A stretch of DNA of 64,000 nucleotides from the human T2T-CHM13v2.0 reference genome, Homo sapiens: the NCBI RefSeq assembly GCF_009914755.1, contig NC_060940.1; one strand, written 5' to 3'. Both the position numbers and the translations under genes were made by a program. Shown here piece after piece: positions 1 through 13,608 of the stretch. The number at the start of each line of letters is the position of its first letter. Positions within the stretch are counted from its first letter, which is position 1. The notes under the pieces were generated by a model. That model was not told the DNA's origin. It saw nothing but the letters and a program-made list of their open reading frames with translations, and made no database searches.

Positions 1-547
1 TAGATGTCCTTGCTCCCAAAATGATACTGCTTCTGCCAGTACACATAGCAAGAGTTCTGATTCACTATTAGAGGCTATTTGGATACTTTGGGATATATCT
101 TTCAAGGTGCCAGCAAGAATTATTGACCCTGACCACCAGGAAAATGTAGGGCTGCTGTTACACAATGGGAACAGGGAGAAATATGTTTATACCAAGGTGA
201 TTCACTTGAGTATCTCTGAGTCCTTTTTGACAAATTATGGTGTTAAAGAGATGAGTCCCACAAATTCATTCTGGGAAGAGTATGTGACCCTTCAGGAATA
301 AGGATCTTTTTCACAACACTAGGCAAACTACCATGACGTGCAAAGCTAACAACTGAGGGTAAGAGAGATAGTAAATAGATTATTCAGCAGGGAGGCAAAT
401 ACAAGTTGTGGCGTTGAGTTGGGTTATAGCCCGGCAGCTGTTCAGCTAGCACCCCTTCTCCTACAAACTTTCCCAGGAAGAGAGGTCTATTGGAATCCTG
501 AATGGTTTCTCCCACCAGAACTGGATTCAAGTAGCACAAGGGTGGGT
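1..547 (+). mobile_element. ERVL (HERV16/ERV3-16-like) internal 3' region with decayed dUTPase
   Basis: ORF 107-301 reads IIDPDHQENVGLLLHNGNREKYV, resembling the ERVL dUTPase motif (VIDPDYQGEIGLLLHNG). A purine tract aagggtggg directly precedes the LTR at 548. Confidence 0.75.
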
Positions 548-961
548 TGTGGTGAATCCCCTAGGTCTCTCTCATTGAGGCTTAATGACTCATTATCCCA
601 GTTTCCAAGAGTGCTCTTGGCACACAGTCCACGGGTTAGCACCATTTGTGAATTACCTCCACTAAAGAAGGTCACTTCTCCCAAGACCACACCCTTTCCT
701 GAAACAGCCCATATCCCATGACTGATCCAACAGGGGTAGAAAAAACAAAATTTCTTGCTCCAACTTAAGATGGTATTGAGTGGATTTCCTAACTTCAGTG
801 TTTTCTGTGAATTGTCTAAAGACTCCACTGAGACTGAATCACAGATTCTCTTTTTGCACAATTCTGTTATCTTCTCCTTTACCTCCACAGATGTTGATTC
901 TAAGAGCACTCTCTCACAAACTGTATGACAGTCTGCTTTCTGTTGAACCCAACCTGTAGAG
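548..961 (+). mobile_element. LTR16-family (LTR16C-like) ERVL 3' LTR
   Basis: Starts TG after the polypurine tract. Motifs ccatgactgatc..aggggta, acagatgttgattctaagagcactc and terminal gaacccaacct match recalled LTR16 consensus. Confidence 0.7.
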
Positions 962-1149
962 TCTCCAAATTGTTCTTCTTGCCACTCTGTCTCCTGCTTG
1001 CTCAAAACCCATGGTGCATGCTGAGGCATTATATTTAAAGTAAGTTACATTACATCTACTAAACATTGTAGAATTTAAAACTTTCCAGTCCATTTTAAAT
1101 CCAATCAAACCTCTGATGAGGCTCTGAAGGAATGATCTTTTATTCAAGT

Positions 1150-1880
1150 TGAAAAATGAAAGTAAAATTCTAAGCCCCCAGTTGACAGAATGGACTCCCT
1201 CTTGGCCAAGGGAACCTCAGCTTGGAAGCTAAGTTCCAGGCCATGGCCGAATGGGAAGTTAGACAAGCCGTGTTATAACCTGTCTCTTGCTAACTGCAAT
1301 TCAACCTTCATTTCTAAGGGCTAACCAGAAGCGAGCCCTTTCAAAAAGACTCCACTGCTGATTTCAACCAACCACCTGACTGCTGCCTCTCCCTTTTGCA
1401 GTTTCAACACAACAGACCAGCATTCCTTCCTGATAAGGGGCCACCAACCCTGGGGTGGTTCTGGCCAGTCTATGGAGGATGTGCAGTGAGAGTTCTGGTG
1501 TTCTCTGCTTCACCATTTGATGTCAGAGGGCTGAAAACTCCACCTTAGATCATGCTAACACTGCCATGTTTTTTAACATTGGACCCATGGAGAGGCATGA
1601 AGCTCCATTGCACATGGGCATGCCTCTCCTTTCATAAATATTCATAAGTCCTTCTATAGCTTATTGAATATGTATATTTGGCCACCCCTTTATGCATAAA
1701 TAAATCCCTGTTTTATTCTTCTGGCCTTCAAAGTGGCTGCTTCTGGCTTTTGGCCAGAAGCTATGCTTCTTATCCTGTCAGTATGGTGACCAGTCAGGCT
1801 GCAACCCTTTCTAAAAAAAAAAAAAAAAAAAAAAAGCTCTCCTTTATACATGTATAAATCTCATCATTCTTGAGTTGACA
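1150..1880 (+). mobile_element. MER50-like ERV1 solo LTR
   Basis: TG...CA ends. aaattctaagccccc..gaatggac..cttggccaaggg; gatcatgctaacactgccat; cataaatattcat..ctatagcttattgaatatgtatatttggccacc; ends cattcttgagttgaca. Confidence 0.8.
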
Positions 1881-1989
1881 AGATTCCAAGATTCCGTGAC
1901 TTCATATCATATTCATCCACTAACTTGGTCACTAACTACATACACACTAGTCTCCTTCCAGTTGCAAGGACAGGATATACTTTTGTTTA

Positions 1990-2345
1990 AACCGTGGGAT
2001 TTTGCACATGCTATATTCTCTGCTTGGAGTGATATTTCATCTCTTCTTGGCTTGTTCAGCTTAACCTCACCATTCATGTAGTAGTTTAAATATTGTTTCC
2101 TTAGTGAATTCATCACGGACCACCCTATCTAAAGTAGGCCTCCAAGAAATTCTATTTGTTCCCTATTTATTTTATTCATGGTTATTTTCATAGTCTGTAT
2201 TTCTTGTTTACATGTTATCATCTGTCTCTCACTCAATACTGAAAGCTACATAATACCGTAAAAAATATATTTGTAGTGACTGTATGTGTGCTCACATTGC
2301 ATTCTGGTACATCGTTCTTTCATAATAAATATTTTGAAGTGAATA
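1990..2345 (+). mobile_element. L2 3' end fragment
   Basis: tttgcacatgct..ctgcttgga, gaccaccctatctaaagtag, terminal aataaatattttgaagtgaat. Confidence 0.6.
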
Positions 2346-2749
2346 ACATCAGCATACTATGTAGTTAAGGTCATTTCTGCTCCCAGAAAACCTTCTTTTT
2401 GACAATGTTGCTCTCTTTGACTAATTCCTTTCAAACGACCATAAAAGTACAGCCCATTTTAGGTTTTGACCGAATCCCTTCTCATAAACCATGTGGGTAA
2501 ACACTTCTCCTCCAATTGTATTGCTGCACTACTTCCAGTGCCATATAATACATACTTTTCATACGCCCAAGGAAAGGAATCTCAGGTCATGGATCTCTGA
2601 TGGTGACAAGTCCATCAGAACCCAAGCATTACCTTGGGTTGACTATATGATTGCTCCAGATCTGCAAGCTTGATACTCACAATGACTCCTCATCACTCTT
2701 TTGTTGTGTAGTCCCTTTGCTAGTATAATAAATAATAATAATAAATAAT

Positions 2750-2900
2750 GAGGATGGGGGAAATTTTTGGAGGTGATGGATATGTTTAAGTAGTAGATTG
2801 TGGTGATGGTTTCTTATACTTATCTCCAAACTCAATAAGTTGTGTACATTAAATGTGCATAGCTTTTTGTATGTTAATCGTACCTTAATAGAATGGTTTA
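2750..2900 (+). mobile_element. L1M (L1MB/MC) 3' end fragment
   Basis: ttttggaggtgatggatatgtt..gattgtggtgatggtttc..tgtacattaaatgtgca. Confidence 0.7.
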
Positions 2901-3031
2901 CAAAGAAAGGTAGTAATAAAATTTTTGGTGGCTGCTGGCTGTTTGTAATATGATGTGGCTCTTAATTTATAGGATGTAAGGTGGGGAGTTAATATTGTTG
3001 AGGAACATAGTGTGAAAGAGGAAACTACATA

Positions 3032-3450
3032 TGCATGATGGTTAACTTTACATATCAAATTGAATTGGGCTAAGGGATGCCCTGATAGCTGGTGAGACAA
3101 TTCTGAGTTTGCCTGTGAGGATGTTTTCAGAAGTGACTAGCATTTGAATCAGCAGACAGTATAGATCAACCTCACCAACGTGAGTAGGCCTCAGGCAACA
3201 GGTTGAGGACCTGACTAAAATAAAAAGGCAGAGAAAGTGAAAATGTATTGTCTCTGAGGTTGGACTACCATCTTCTCCTGCCATTGGAAATTGATGCTCC
3301 TGATTCTAAGGAATTTAGACTCTAACAGGGACTTAAACCATCAGTTTTTCTGGTTCTCCAGCTTGCAGAAGGCAGATCATAGGACTTCTCAGCCTTCATA
3401 ATCATGTGAGCCAATTCCTCATAATTGGAGCAGAGAGAGAAGTTTCTGGA
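3032..3450 (+). mobile_element. MLT2 (ERVL) LTR, MLT2D-like
   Basis: tgatggttaacttt..gggctaagggatgccc..atagctgg; ccagcttgcagaaggcagatcataggacttctcagccttcataatcatgtgagccaattcc. Confidence 0.75.
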
Positions 3451-4214
3451 ATAAAAAGAATGGGTAGAATTTAGGCTCTTCCAAAGGACTGTAAACTTCT
3501 TTAGAGACAAAGGGCAGGCTGTCATGTTATCTTTGTAAGCCCAGTTATCAGCCCAGTGTCTGGCACACATAAAATGTGTGAACCATGAAAACAAATAATA
3601 AGTGATGAAAAATGAACTAATTTAAAATGATTTTTAGAGAAGCACCAGCAAGTAAGCACACCCTGACACAGGGAGGTGCCTGAATAGGTCCTGTGCCTAT
3701 TGCACCTGGAAAGAATCAGACATATGGCTTTGAACAGCTTACTTTACAATGACTCCTTCTTTTATAAGATACTTGGCCTTTTGTGAGTGGAACTACAGCT
3801 GTCTCTGAAAATGGCAACATCTGATCCTGAAGCCTAGAATATAAAGCACTTGAAAATGTCGCTCATTTAAGGTTATCCTCTGATGCTAAGAGCCTAGAAA
3901 AAAATTAATAGGAGGATGTGGTAAAGGAAACGAACAACCGGACAACTACATTTATGAATATGAAGAACAGTAATGCATGCTTTCTGCCTAAGACTTTTTC
4001 CATGGAAGAATTCACATAGGTTTATCACTTTGGAAAATGTGTGGTCAGCTCAAGCACAGTAGAAGAGATAGAATTGTTTATCTCTTTTTAAAATAAATGT
4101 AAGCAGGGTACTATATGCTAAGTGGCTGTGATAAATCATAGGATCAGTATAATTGAAGGTCACATTGGAGGAGATTTCATAGATGGAAAAATGATTAAGG
4201 TGATGGTCTTTTAT

Positions 4215-4370
4215 CAGATAATCTAGGTTCAAATTCTCATTCCACTCCTTCTTATTTATGTGATCTCATCTGTAAAATGGAGATTACAGTGTCACCTACC
4301 TCACTGAATCATTTGGAAAGTGACTATGCATGCAAAGCCTAGCATATAGTAAATACTCAATAAATATTCC
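4215..4370 (+). mobile_element. MIR fragment
   Basis: ggttcaaattct..ctcatctgtaaaatggagat..acctacctca..catatagtaaatactcaataaat. Confidence 0.65.
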
Positions 4371-4849
4371 TGCTAAATTTAAACTTCCTTTTACTGATTG
4401 GCACATTGAAATCCATTCATTAAGACTTGTGTGAAGCCTTGTAGATGCTTCAGGAGTTTTGCGTATAGCTGAGGGGGAAGGATTAGTATTATCATATCTG
4501 CCTTGGTTAGAGGCACACAATTTTGGGGTCAAGTGTGATTGTAAAGACTTCTGTCAGAGATATTTATCCAGAGATAAATAGAAGGAAAGGCAAAGACTAG
4601 GGGAGACTCAAGTAGTAAATACATAATTCTGCCTGGGAGTGATCAGGAAGAATTTCTAGAACAGGAGGAATATAATCTGTGGTCTGATAGACAAATGGAA
4701 CCAACAGAAAGCTACTAATAAGTTCTAAATCAATCCAGAAATTCTAACTTACCAATAGGAATATAAGAAATTAGAAAAGAGGTCAACCATTTGGGAGCCT
4801 CTTTTTTTTTCTTCTATTTATTTTTTGCTATCCCTTTAGAATTCTTTTG

Positions 4850-5175
4850 CTTTTCAGCTTTATTGAGTACAGTTGACAAATAAAAATTGTACATGTTAAG
4901 GTATACAACCTGATGTTTTGATATACATATACTTTGTCAAATGATCACCACTATCCAACTAATTAACATACCCATCACCTCACAGTTAACATTTTCTTTC
5001 TTTGTGTATGTGTGTGTGTGTGAGATAAGAACACTTAAAATCTACTCTTTTAGAAAATTTGAAGTATATGATACAATATTGTTCACTATAGTCACCATGC
5101 TGTGTACATTAGATCTTCATAACTAAAACTTTACCGACATCTCCCAATCTCCCCCTTCCCACAACACCTGGCAAA
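4850..5175 (-). mobile_element. L1MA/MB 3' end fragment
   Basis: gttgacaaataaaaattgtac..aaggtatacaac..aatgatcaccactatc..acacttaaaatctactct..gtcaccatgctgt. Confidence 0.8.
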
Positions 5176-7443
5176 CACTTAGATGTAGAATCTAAAATAG
5201 ACTCAAAGAGCAGAGGGTCATACCCTAGTCTAAGCACTAACTGACACTCATAAGTTTTCAGGTCCCTTTTGCTCTCCTAAAGTTACAACATGAGAGATGT
5301 CATGTTCTAACAAATATCTTTATCTTAAGAATAAAATAATATTTTTAAATAGAAAATTGTTTTCATCAGCTCAGGAAGGATCCAAATTTGAGTCTCTCAA
5401 AGACAAGTGGTAGTAAGAATTCTATATTTCAAAATCCATTCTGAAAATTACTAGTGGATCTGAAGAGCCAGGTACTTTAGGATGCATTTAGTTTATTAGA
5501 TAAATGCTCCTAGAATTTGAATATCAGTTTAAAAACACTTTTAAAACTACTAAATTTGCACATTAGGCGAGCTGCTTCCTTTCAGCAACTTTTAAATAAT
5601 AATAAGAATTTCCATATCTTATGACTTGTGGCTTTGAAAAATGTTTCCATTTCATTACTGTACTATTCTCTCTTCTTTGCATTCATGAATATTCTAGGAA
5701 AAAACAGAGTAGAAGTTGGACTTTTAAAAAGTTGATCTCTATTTACATTCAATTTGAATAAGCTTCTATTTAAACAGGGAAAGTAGGTTTCCAAATTTAA
5801 AACACTAGTGAATAAGAAAAATGAAGATAATGCTATGTTTATTCTATTTGGTGCTAATATGGAATGCTACTGGAGGTGTTTCTTTGTCATTTTAATCCCA
5901 GAAGGCTTTTTTTTCCCTGAACAATCTCTGCCACCTGCATTCTGTTTAAGATATAATCATTCAATGTCTACAAACAAGTGATAACATTATTATGCATTTC
6001 TGTCCCTTTCATTCTTTACAAGAGTGGCAAATATCCCATTTCTTAGATCCAATAGCTCAGGCTGGGCACCAGCAGACTCATTAGGATTCCATTAATAAGC
6101 AGAGGCCTCTGGAGAGGCTAGCTTTTTCAAACCTCCATCTATTCTATCTCCCACTCGATTTTCCCAACAAAAGCCTTTCTGCTTGGTATCTCTTTCATTT
6201 CACCATTCCCTTTTTAAAAAGAAACAATGGAAACAAAGTCCTAAGATTAGATTGGTGATATTGAAATGATTCTGACAGCCGGTGACAATGCTGCCAACCC
6301 AAAATGGGATGCTTACATTATTTATGAACACTAAATGTCACCAATTTCCCCTTCATCAGATAATTTCAGGAGACAGAACCGTTTCTGTAGGGCGAGAGGG
6401 AGGGAGTATGTGTACATGTGCTGCTACCTCCCCTCCCTTTCCACATCAGCCCTTCCATATATCACACTGGCTCTGTGTCAAAATCTCCTCCCTGGGAAGA
6501 AAACAGGTGCACCTGACCATGTTTCAAGTTTTACTACAAGTCTCAGATCAGGTCACCTGATACGGATGTCAAGTGTGTTGTAAAACCAAATGGGACCCTC
6601 TGAAATGTGAAATCATTAGCAAATCCGCTAACTTTTTTAAAAATTCTGTTTCCTATGCTCCCTTCAGAAGTCAGTTATCAGAGGGAAATTATCAAGAGTT
6701 GAAAGGAAAAGACAGTATCCCTCTGGCACCCTGATCTATGTCTTGCTTTGGTGGTTGGGAAAGAGGGACTGGCATAATGAGAACAAACACAATCTATGTC
6801 ACCAGGAGTATTAGTGTGAAAAGGAGATCGGAGCCAGCTATTCAGGGATATTTAACATTTTCCAGGGAGCTCGAGTCTTTTCAGAGATTCAGTTGCTAAG
6901 TAGTTGTGTATAGATTTATTTCATATCACACTGGCTTTTATAATCTCATGTGTCCAAGTTGAACAGTAAAACGTCTTTAAAAATCAAGCACTCTATAAAA
7001 GGGATCTTTTGTGGGGAAGTTTTTGCTTAATTATTGATCATTGAATATTTCATCTTCAGCATTTAAAAGGAATCCTAGAGTTATTGAAGTCTGACCTTCT
7101 GTTTGTAGGTCAGTTGCCTGAGAACCCAAGAGGTTTTCTGAAAAATAGTTATTTCACTTTTGGAAATCAGATAGGAGGCTATAAACAAAGCCTGCCTCTG
7201 GCCTTGCACTCTTTGAATTCAGCTAGAACTTAACACAGCAACAGTTACTTCTTCACTTCCTGCACAAAACAAGAACCATATTTCTATCGTCATTTAGATT
7301 ACAGGTTTCAAACATATCCATAAAATGCTAGATGTTACAACAGGTGCTAGATTATAAAAATGAGCAGGTCTTTTAAAAGCTGACTTCCAATAGAGGTTTA
7401 GGCAACTTATAAAGAATTAGGCTAGTGCTAGAGACAAATTTAA

Positions 7444-7867
<424 letters not shown>

Positions 7868-8641
7868 AGATTACCTTTTGGACATTATTATTATTATTAT
7901 TATTATTTTTAGTTTTCACTATTTGAATTCTTAGTGTAGTTTGGTTTGCTTTTTTTTTTTTTTTTTTTAACCTTAATCCTAATACCTCCACTTAGGTCTC
8001 AGATTCCATCCTAGGAAAGCAGCTCCCAGATCATTTAGCTTATATAGTCCTTTAGACTTTCAAATTCTTCAGGATGAAATACATACAAGATCAGCCAATC
8101 AACTGTCACTTTGCTTCTACTTTGCTTCACCCCACAACTGCATATTGACTTCTACTAATGGCATAACTTCCTGTGTGTCATGATCCTTAAGTCTTTCTTC
8201 CTTTGCTCAGTTTTTCTAAAGATCACACCCTCCCACTCCCATTTCAGGAAAGAAGACAGGAAAGAAGGACAGGAAAGAAGAAGGTGGGAGAAGAAGGGAA
8301 GCATGCCCTGCTCCCTGCAGGGATGGATGGCTTGCTGCTTTCTTGTTTCTTTCCCCCCATGCCAGCTACTTGTTTGTTTTCCCTCTGACACCCTTTCAGT
8401 CTCATTTTTTTTTCTTCTATTTCATACTTCTGAGAGGTAACCATTGTTACAGTGATTGTTCATGATTAGAAGCTAGTGATCAGTAACCAAAATCCAGCAC
8501 ATTCTCTTTTTGGGCCTCATATGTGTCAAACACGTTAATAGCACTGGAGACGCAGCAATGAATGGAAAAAAAATTCCTGCCATTACCAAGCTTTCATTCC
8601 ATGAGGAGATAAAAAATGTACCTACTGGATTGATAAGTAAT

Positions 8642-9031
8642 TGTATTCATCTGTTCTCATACTCCTATAAAGAACTATCTGAGACCTGGTAATTTATAAA
8701 GAAAAGAGGTTTAATTAACTCACAGTTCCACACACTCAACAGGAAGCATAACTGTGAGGCCTCAGGAAACTTACAGTCATGGCAGAAGGTGAAGGAAAGC
8801 AAGCACCTTCTTTACATGATGAGAAAGAGATAGAGAGAGAGAGATAGAGGAGAGAGAAGGGGGAAGCACTATACACTTTCAAATAACCACATCTCTTGAT
8901 ACATCACTATTATAATAACAGCAAAGGGGACATCTGATGCCATGGTCCAATCACCTCCCACCAGGCTCCTTCAACATGAGATCACAATTCGACATGACAT
9001 TTGGGAGGGGACACAGAGCTAAACCATATCA
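8642..9031 (-). mobile_element. MSTA-like MaLR solo LTR with 5-bp TSD gtaat
   Basis: tgtatt...aaaccatatca; ggtaatttataaagaaaagaggtttaatt; gtaat at 8637-8641 and 9032-9036. Confidence 0.88.
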
Positions 9032-9567
9032 GTAATATAACAAATTATGATTAATGATTTAGAGAAAAAAAAGTCATGCAACTTGTTTATTGAATAGCAG
9101 ATATGATTTTGTCTCTCTCTGTGTCTGTGTGTATTGGGGGAGAATTTAGGAGCTATGTTGCAACAGATAATCAGAGAAGCAATCATTATACAGTGGCATT
9201 TCAGTAGAGACCATATGGAGATGAGAAAATAACCTTTGGTGACATTTGGGAAAGAATATTCAAGCAGAGAATTATATGAGTGGAAGGCACTGATATGGAA
9301 GATACACTTTGTTAGCAACTGGATAGATAGAACTGCCATTTACAGAAATGAATTAAGAAAGAATATCTTTTTTATAGGCATGTGGTGCATCAGAAGTTTA
9401 ACTTTGGCCCTCTTAAATTTGTGGTTTCTAATAGACAGCCTATTAATAATTAAGGTAGGTAGCTTTGTATAAATATAAGCCTGGAGCTCAGACAAGAAAA
9501 ATACTGTCATGGAAATGTAAATTTGGAGTCATCAGAATGGAGCTGGTGCTTAAAGATATGAGATGAG

Positions 9568-9735
9568 ATTTTTTTTTTTTACTTTTTTTTATTATACTTT
9601 AAGTTCTAGGGTACATATGCACAACGTGCAGGTTTGTTACATATGTATACATGTGCCATGTTGGTGTGCTGCCCCTGTTAACTCATCATTTACATTAGGT
9701 ATATCTCCTAATGCTATCCCTCCCCCCTCCCCCCA
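9568..9735 (-). mobile_element. Young L1PA 3' terminal fragment (about 170 bp)
   Basis: attatactttaagttctagggtacatatgcacaacgtgcaggtttgttacatatg...cctaatgctatccctcccccctccccc. Confidence 0.92.
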
Positions 9736-9788
9736 TTTAGAGGGTGAATGGTTTTAGAAACAAGTTCTGGGAACTAAGACTGGAGTCT

Positions 9789-9823
9789 TCTAACATTTAG
9801 AGATCTCTAACATTTAGAGATCT
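9789..9823. repeat. 17-bp perfect tandem duplication (tctaacatttagagatc x2)
   Basis: Read directly from the sequence. Confidence 0.9.
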
Positions 9824-9855
9824 GAGAAATGAGGGGACAAATCAGCAAAGGAAGC

Positions 9856-10262
9856 TATGATTCTTTTATGTGTCAACTAGGCTAGGCTCTAGTACCCAAT
9901 TACTCCAACAAACAGGAATTTAGGTGTTGCCATAAATGTGGCTAACATCCATGCTGTTAAGTAAAGGAGATTCCCCTCCATAAGGTGAGTGGGACTTATT
10001 CAATCAGTGGGAAGGCCTTAAGAACAAAAATTTAGGTTTCCTTGAGAAGAAAGAATTCTGCCCAAGATTGTAGCATTAAATTCTTGCCTGAGTTCACAGT
10101 CTGTCAGCCTGCCCTATAGATTTCAGATTAAAAAATACAGTATTAACTCCTGCCTGGATTACCAACTTGCTGACCTGCCTTACAGATTTTAAACTGGCTA
10201 GCATCCCCTTCCCCCAACCCCACCCACTAATCATGTGAGCCAATTTCTTAAAATTTTTCTCT
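9856..10262 (+). mobile_element. MLT2B-like ERVL LTR
   Basis: ttttatgtgtcaactaggctaggc..gtaccca; aagtaaaggagatt..caatcagtgggaaggccttaag; aatcatgtgagccaatttcttaaa. Confidence 0.78.
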
Positions 10263-13200
10263 GTCCATTGAGAAAGGCCACACAAAAGAAAGGATGTTCT
10301 TCAAAAAAATAAATAAATGTAAAGTATCATAAAAGAAGTGGTTATATGTATATCCTGCTGCCTACAGGTTGAATAAGTTGCATACTTAAGATGGACTACA
10401 GGACTTAGCAAAGTAGTATCTATAGTAACATTCATTAAATGTTTAGATGAGTTGGTAAGGATGAAGTGTGTGCAAAAGAGAAAAGACATGGAGAAACTGT
10501 AGACAACGTATATGCACCTTTTTGTTGATACACAGTAGATGTACATATGTTGGGGATACATGGGATACTTTGATACACTGATGTATTGTGTAGTGATCAA
10601 ATCAGGGTAATTGGGATATCCATCACCTTAAATACTTCTTTTCTTTATGCTGAGAACACTTGTTCTCTACTAGGTATTTTAAAATATACAATAAATTATT
10701 GTTAACTACAATCACCCTACCATCTATCGAATACTAGGCATTATTTTCTCTATCCAACTGTATTTTTGTACTCATTAATCAACCTCTATTCATTATTTCT
10801 AACCCCTTACGTTTCCCAGCCTCTGTAACCACCAGTCTACTCCCTATCTTCATGAAACCATTTTCTTAGCTCCCGCATATAAATGAGAACATGCAGCATT
10901 TGTCTTTCTGTGCCTGGCTTATTTCACTTAACATGATGACCTCCAGTTCCATTCATGTTGATGCAAATGGCAGGATTTCATTCTGTCTTACGGCTGAATA
11001 ATATTCAACTGTGTACATATACCACATTTTCTTTATTCATTCATCCACTGCTGGACACATATTGATTTAATATTTTGACTACTGTGAATAGTGCTGCAAT
11101 AAACATGAGAGGCAGATATTTCTTCAATGTATCGATTTCCTTTCTTTTGGATATAAATCCAGTAGTGGGATTGCTGGATCATATTGTAGTTCTATATTTA
11201 GTTTTTTGAGGAACACTCCTACTGCTTTTCATAGTGGTCGTACTAATTGACATTCCCACCAACCATGTATGAAGGCTCCCCTTTCTCCACATCCTCACCA
11301 GCATTAGTTATTCAGTCTTTTGGTGAAAGCTGTTTTATCTGGGTGACATGATATCTCATTGCAGTTTTGCTTTTCATTTCCCTGATGACTAGTGATGTTG
11401 AGCCTTTATTTTTATATATTTTTTGGCCATTTGCATGTCTTCTTTTGAGAAATGTCTATTCAGATATTTTTCCCATGACTTATTTAATTGCTTGTTTTAT
11501 TCCTATTGAGTTTGTAAAGCTTTTTTATTTATAGGTTGGTTACTAATCCCTTATCAGATGAATAGTTTTCAAATATTTTATCCCACTCTGTGGGTTGTCT
11601 CATTTTGTTGATTGTTTGCTTTGCAGAAGCATTTTAGCTTGATGTAATGTTATTTGTCTACTTTTGTTTGGTTGACTGTGGTAATGCAGTCTCACACAAA
11701 AAATCTTGGTTTATACCAATATCCTAGCGCATCTCTCCAATGTTTTTTTTTCTAGTAGTTTCATAGGTTCAGTTCCTAGATTTAAGTCTTTAATCTATTC
11801 TGATTTGACTTTTGTATTTGGTGAGAGATAGGAGTATAGTTTTATTCTTCTGTATGTAGTTATTCTATTTTCTCTGGACCATTTATTGAAGAGATTGTCC
11901 CTTCCTCAGTGTATGTTCTTGCTGTCTTTGTTGAAAATAAGTTATTTGTAAATGCAAAGATTTATTTCTGGGCTTTCTATTCTGTTCCATTGGTCTATGT
12001 GTCAGTTCTCATGCCAGTACTATTTTGTTTTGTTTACTATAGAGTTTTGCAGTAAATTTTGAAGCTAGCATGACGCCTTCGGCTTTGTTCTTTTTGCTTA
12101 AGATTGCTTTGGCTATTCAGAGTCTTTTGTGATGTCATATACAGTCTTAGATTTTTTGTTTTTCTGTGAAGAATGGCATTGGCATTTTGATAGGGATTGC
12201 ATTTAATCTGTAAATTGTTTGGGTAGTATTGTGATTTTAACAATATTGATTCTTTCAATCCATGAACATTGGATATCTTTCCACTTTTTGTGTGTATTCT
12301 GTTCAATTTTTAAAAAATGTTCTACAGTTTTCCTTGTACAGATATTTCACTTCTTTGGTTAAATTTATTCCTATATATTTTTATTTATTGCAGCTATGGT
12401 AAATGTGATTGCTTTCTTGATTTATTTTGCAGATTGTTAACTGTTGGTATATATAAATGTACTGATTTTTATATGTTGATTTTGTATCCTGCAAATTTAC
12501 TGAATTTTTTTTATCAGTAGGTTTTTTTATCTACTAGGTTTTTTTTGGGGGGGGGGCGCGGAGTGGAGTATTTAGGTTTTTCTAGTCATAAGAACATGAC
12601 ATCTGTGAACAAGGCTAATTTGACTTCATCTTTTGCAGCTTGGATGTCCTTTATTTCTTTCTATTACGTAATTTCTCTGGCTAGGATTTTCAGTATTATG
12701 TGGTCTAAAAGTGGTGAGAGTTGGCATCCTTGTTTTCTTCTAGGTTTTAGAGAAAAAGCTTTCAATTTTTTCCCATTCAGTATAATGTTAGCTGTGGTTT
12801 GTCATTTATGACCTTCACTGTTTTGAAGTATGTTCCTTCTATATGCAGTTTATTGAGAGTTTATATCATAAAGGGATGTTAAATTTTATTGAATTTTTTT
12901 TCATTCAATACTGAAATAATCATATGGTTTATCTTCTTGGTTCTGTTAATGTAATGTATCAGGTTTATTGATTTGCATAGGTTGAAACATCCTTGCATCC
13001 CTTTGATGATTCTCTCTTGATCATAGTGATTAATCTTTGTAATGTATTACTACATTGATTTTGCTAATATTTTGTTGAAGATTTTTGCATGTACATTCAT
13101 CAGTGATATTGATATACAGTTATCATTTTGTTTGTTTTGTTATGTTCTTGTCTGGTTTTTGTATCAGGATAATGCTGGCTTCATGGAATGAGTTTGAAAA

Positions 13201-13608
13201 TATTCACCCCTTTTTAATTCGTTTTAAAAATCTGAGTATAGTATTAGTTCTTTTTATAAGTTTAATAAAATTCAGAAGGGTAGCCATCAGTTATTGGGCT
13301 TTTCTTTGACTGGAGCCTTTTTATTATGGCATCAGTCTTGTTGCTTTTATTGGTTTGCTCAGGTTTTCCATTTATTTATGGTTCAATCTTTGTAGGAGGT
13401 ATGTATCCAGGAATTTATCCATTCTTTCTGTTTTCCAATTTATTGGTGTACAGTTGTTCATAATAGTCTTTAATGATACATTGTATTTCTGTGGTATCAG
13501 TTGTTCTGTCTCCTTTTTTGTTTCCAATTTTATTTAATTAGGTCTTCTTTCTTCTTTTTCTAGCTAAAAATTGTTGATTTTGTTTCTCTTTTTAAAAAAC
13601 AACTTTTC

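Noticed and set aside
487-1029. Longest ORF (180 aa, minus strand)
   Set aside because: Antisense to an LTR16 element, with no recognisable domain; treated as a chance ORF.
10066-10200. Internal ~65-bp imperfect repeat in the MLT2 LTR
   Set aside because: As I recall, this is a normal feature of MLT2B consensus sequences.
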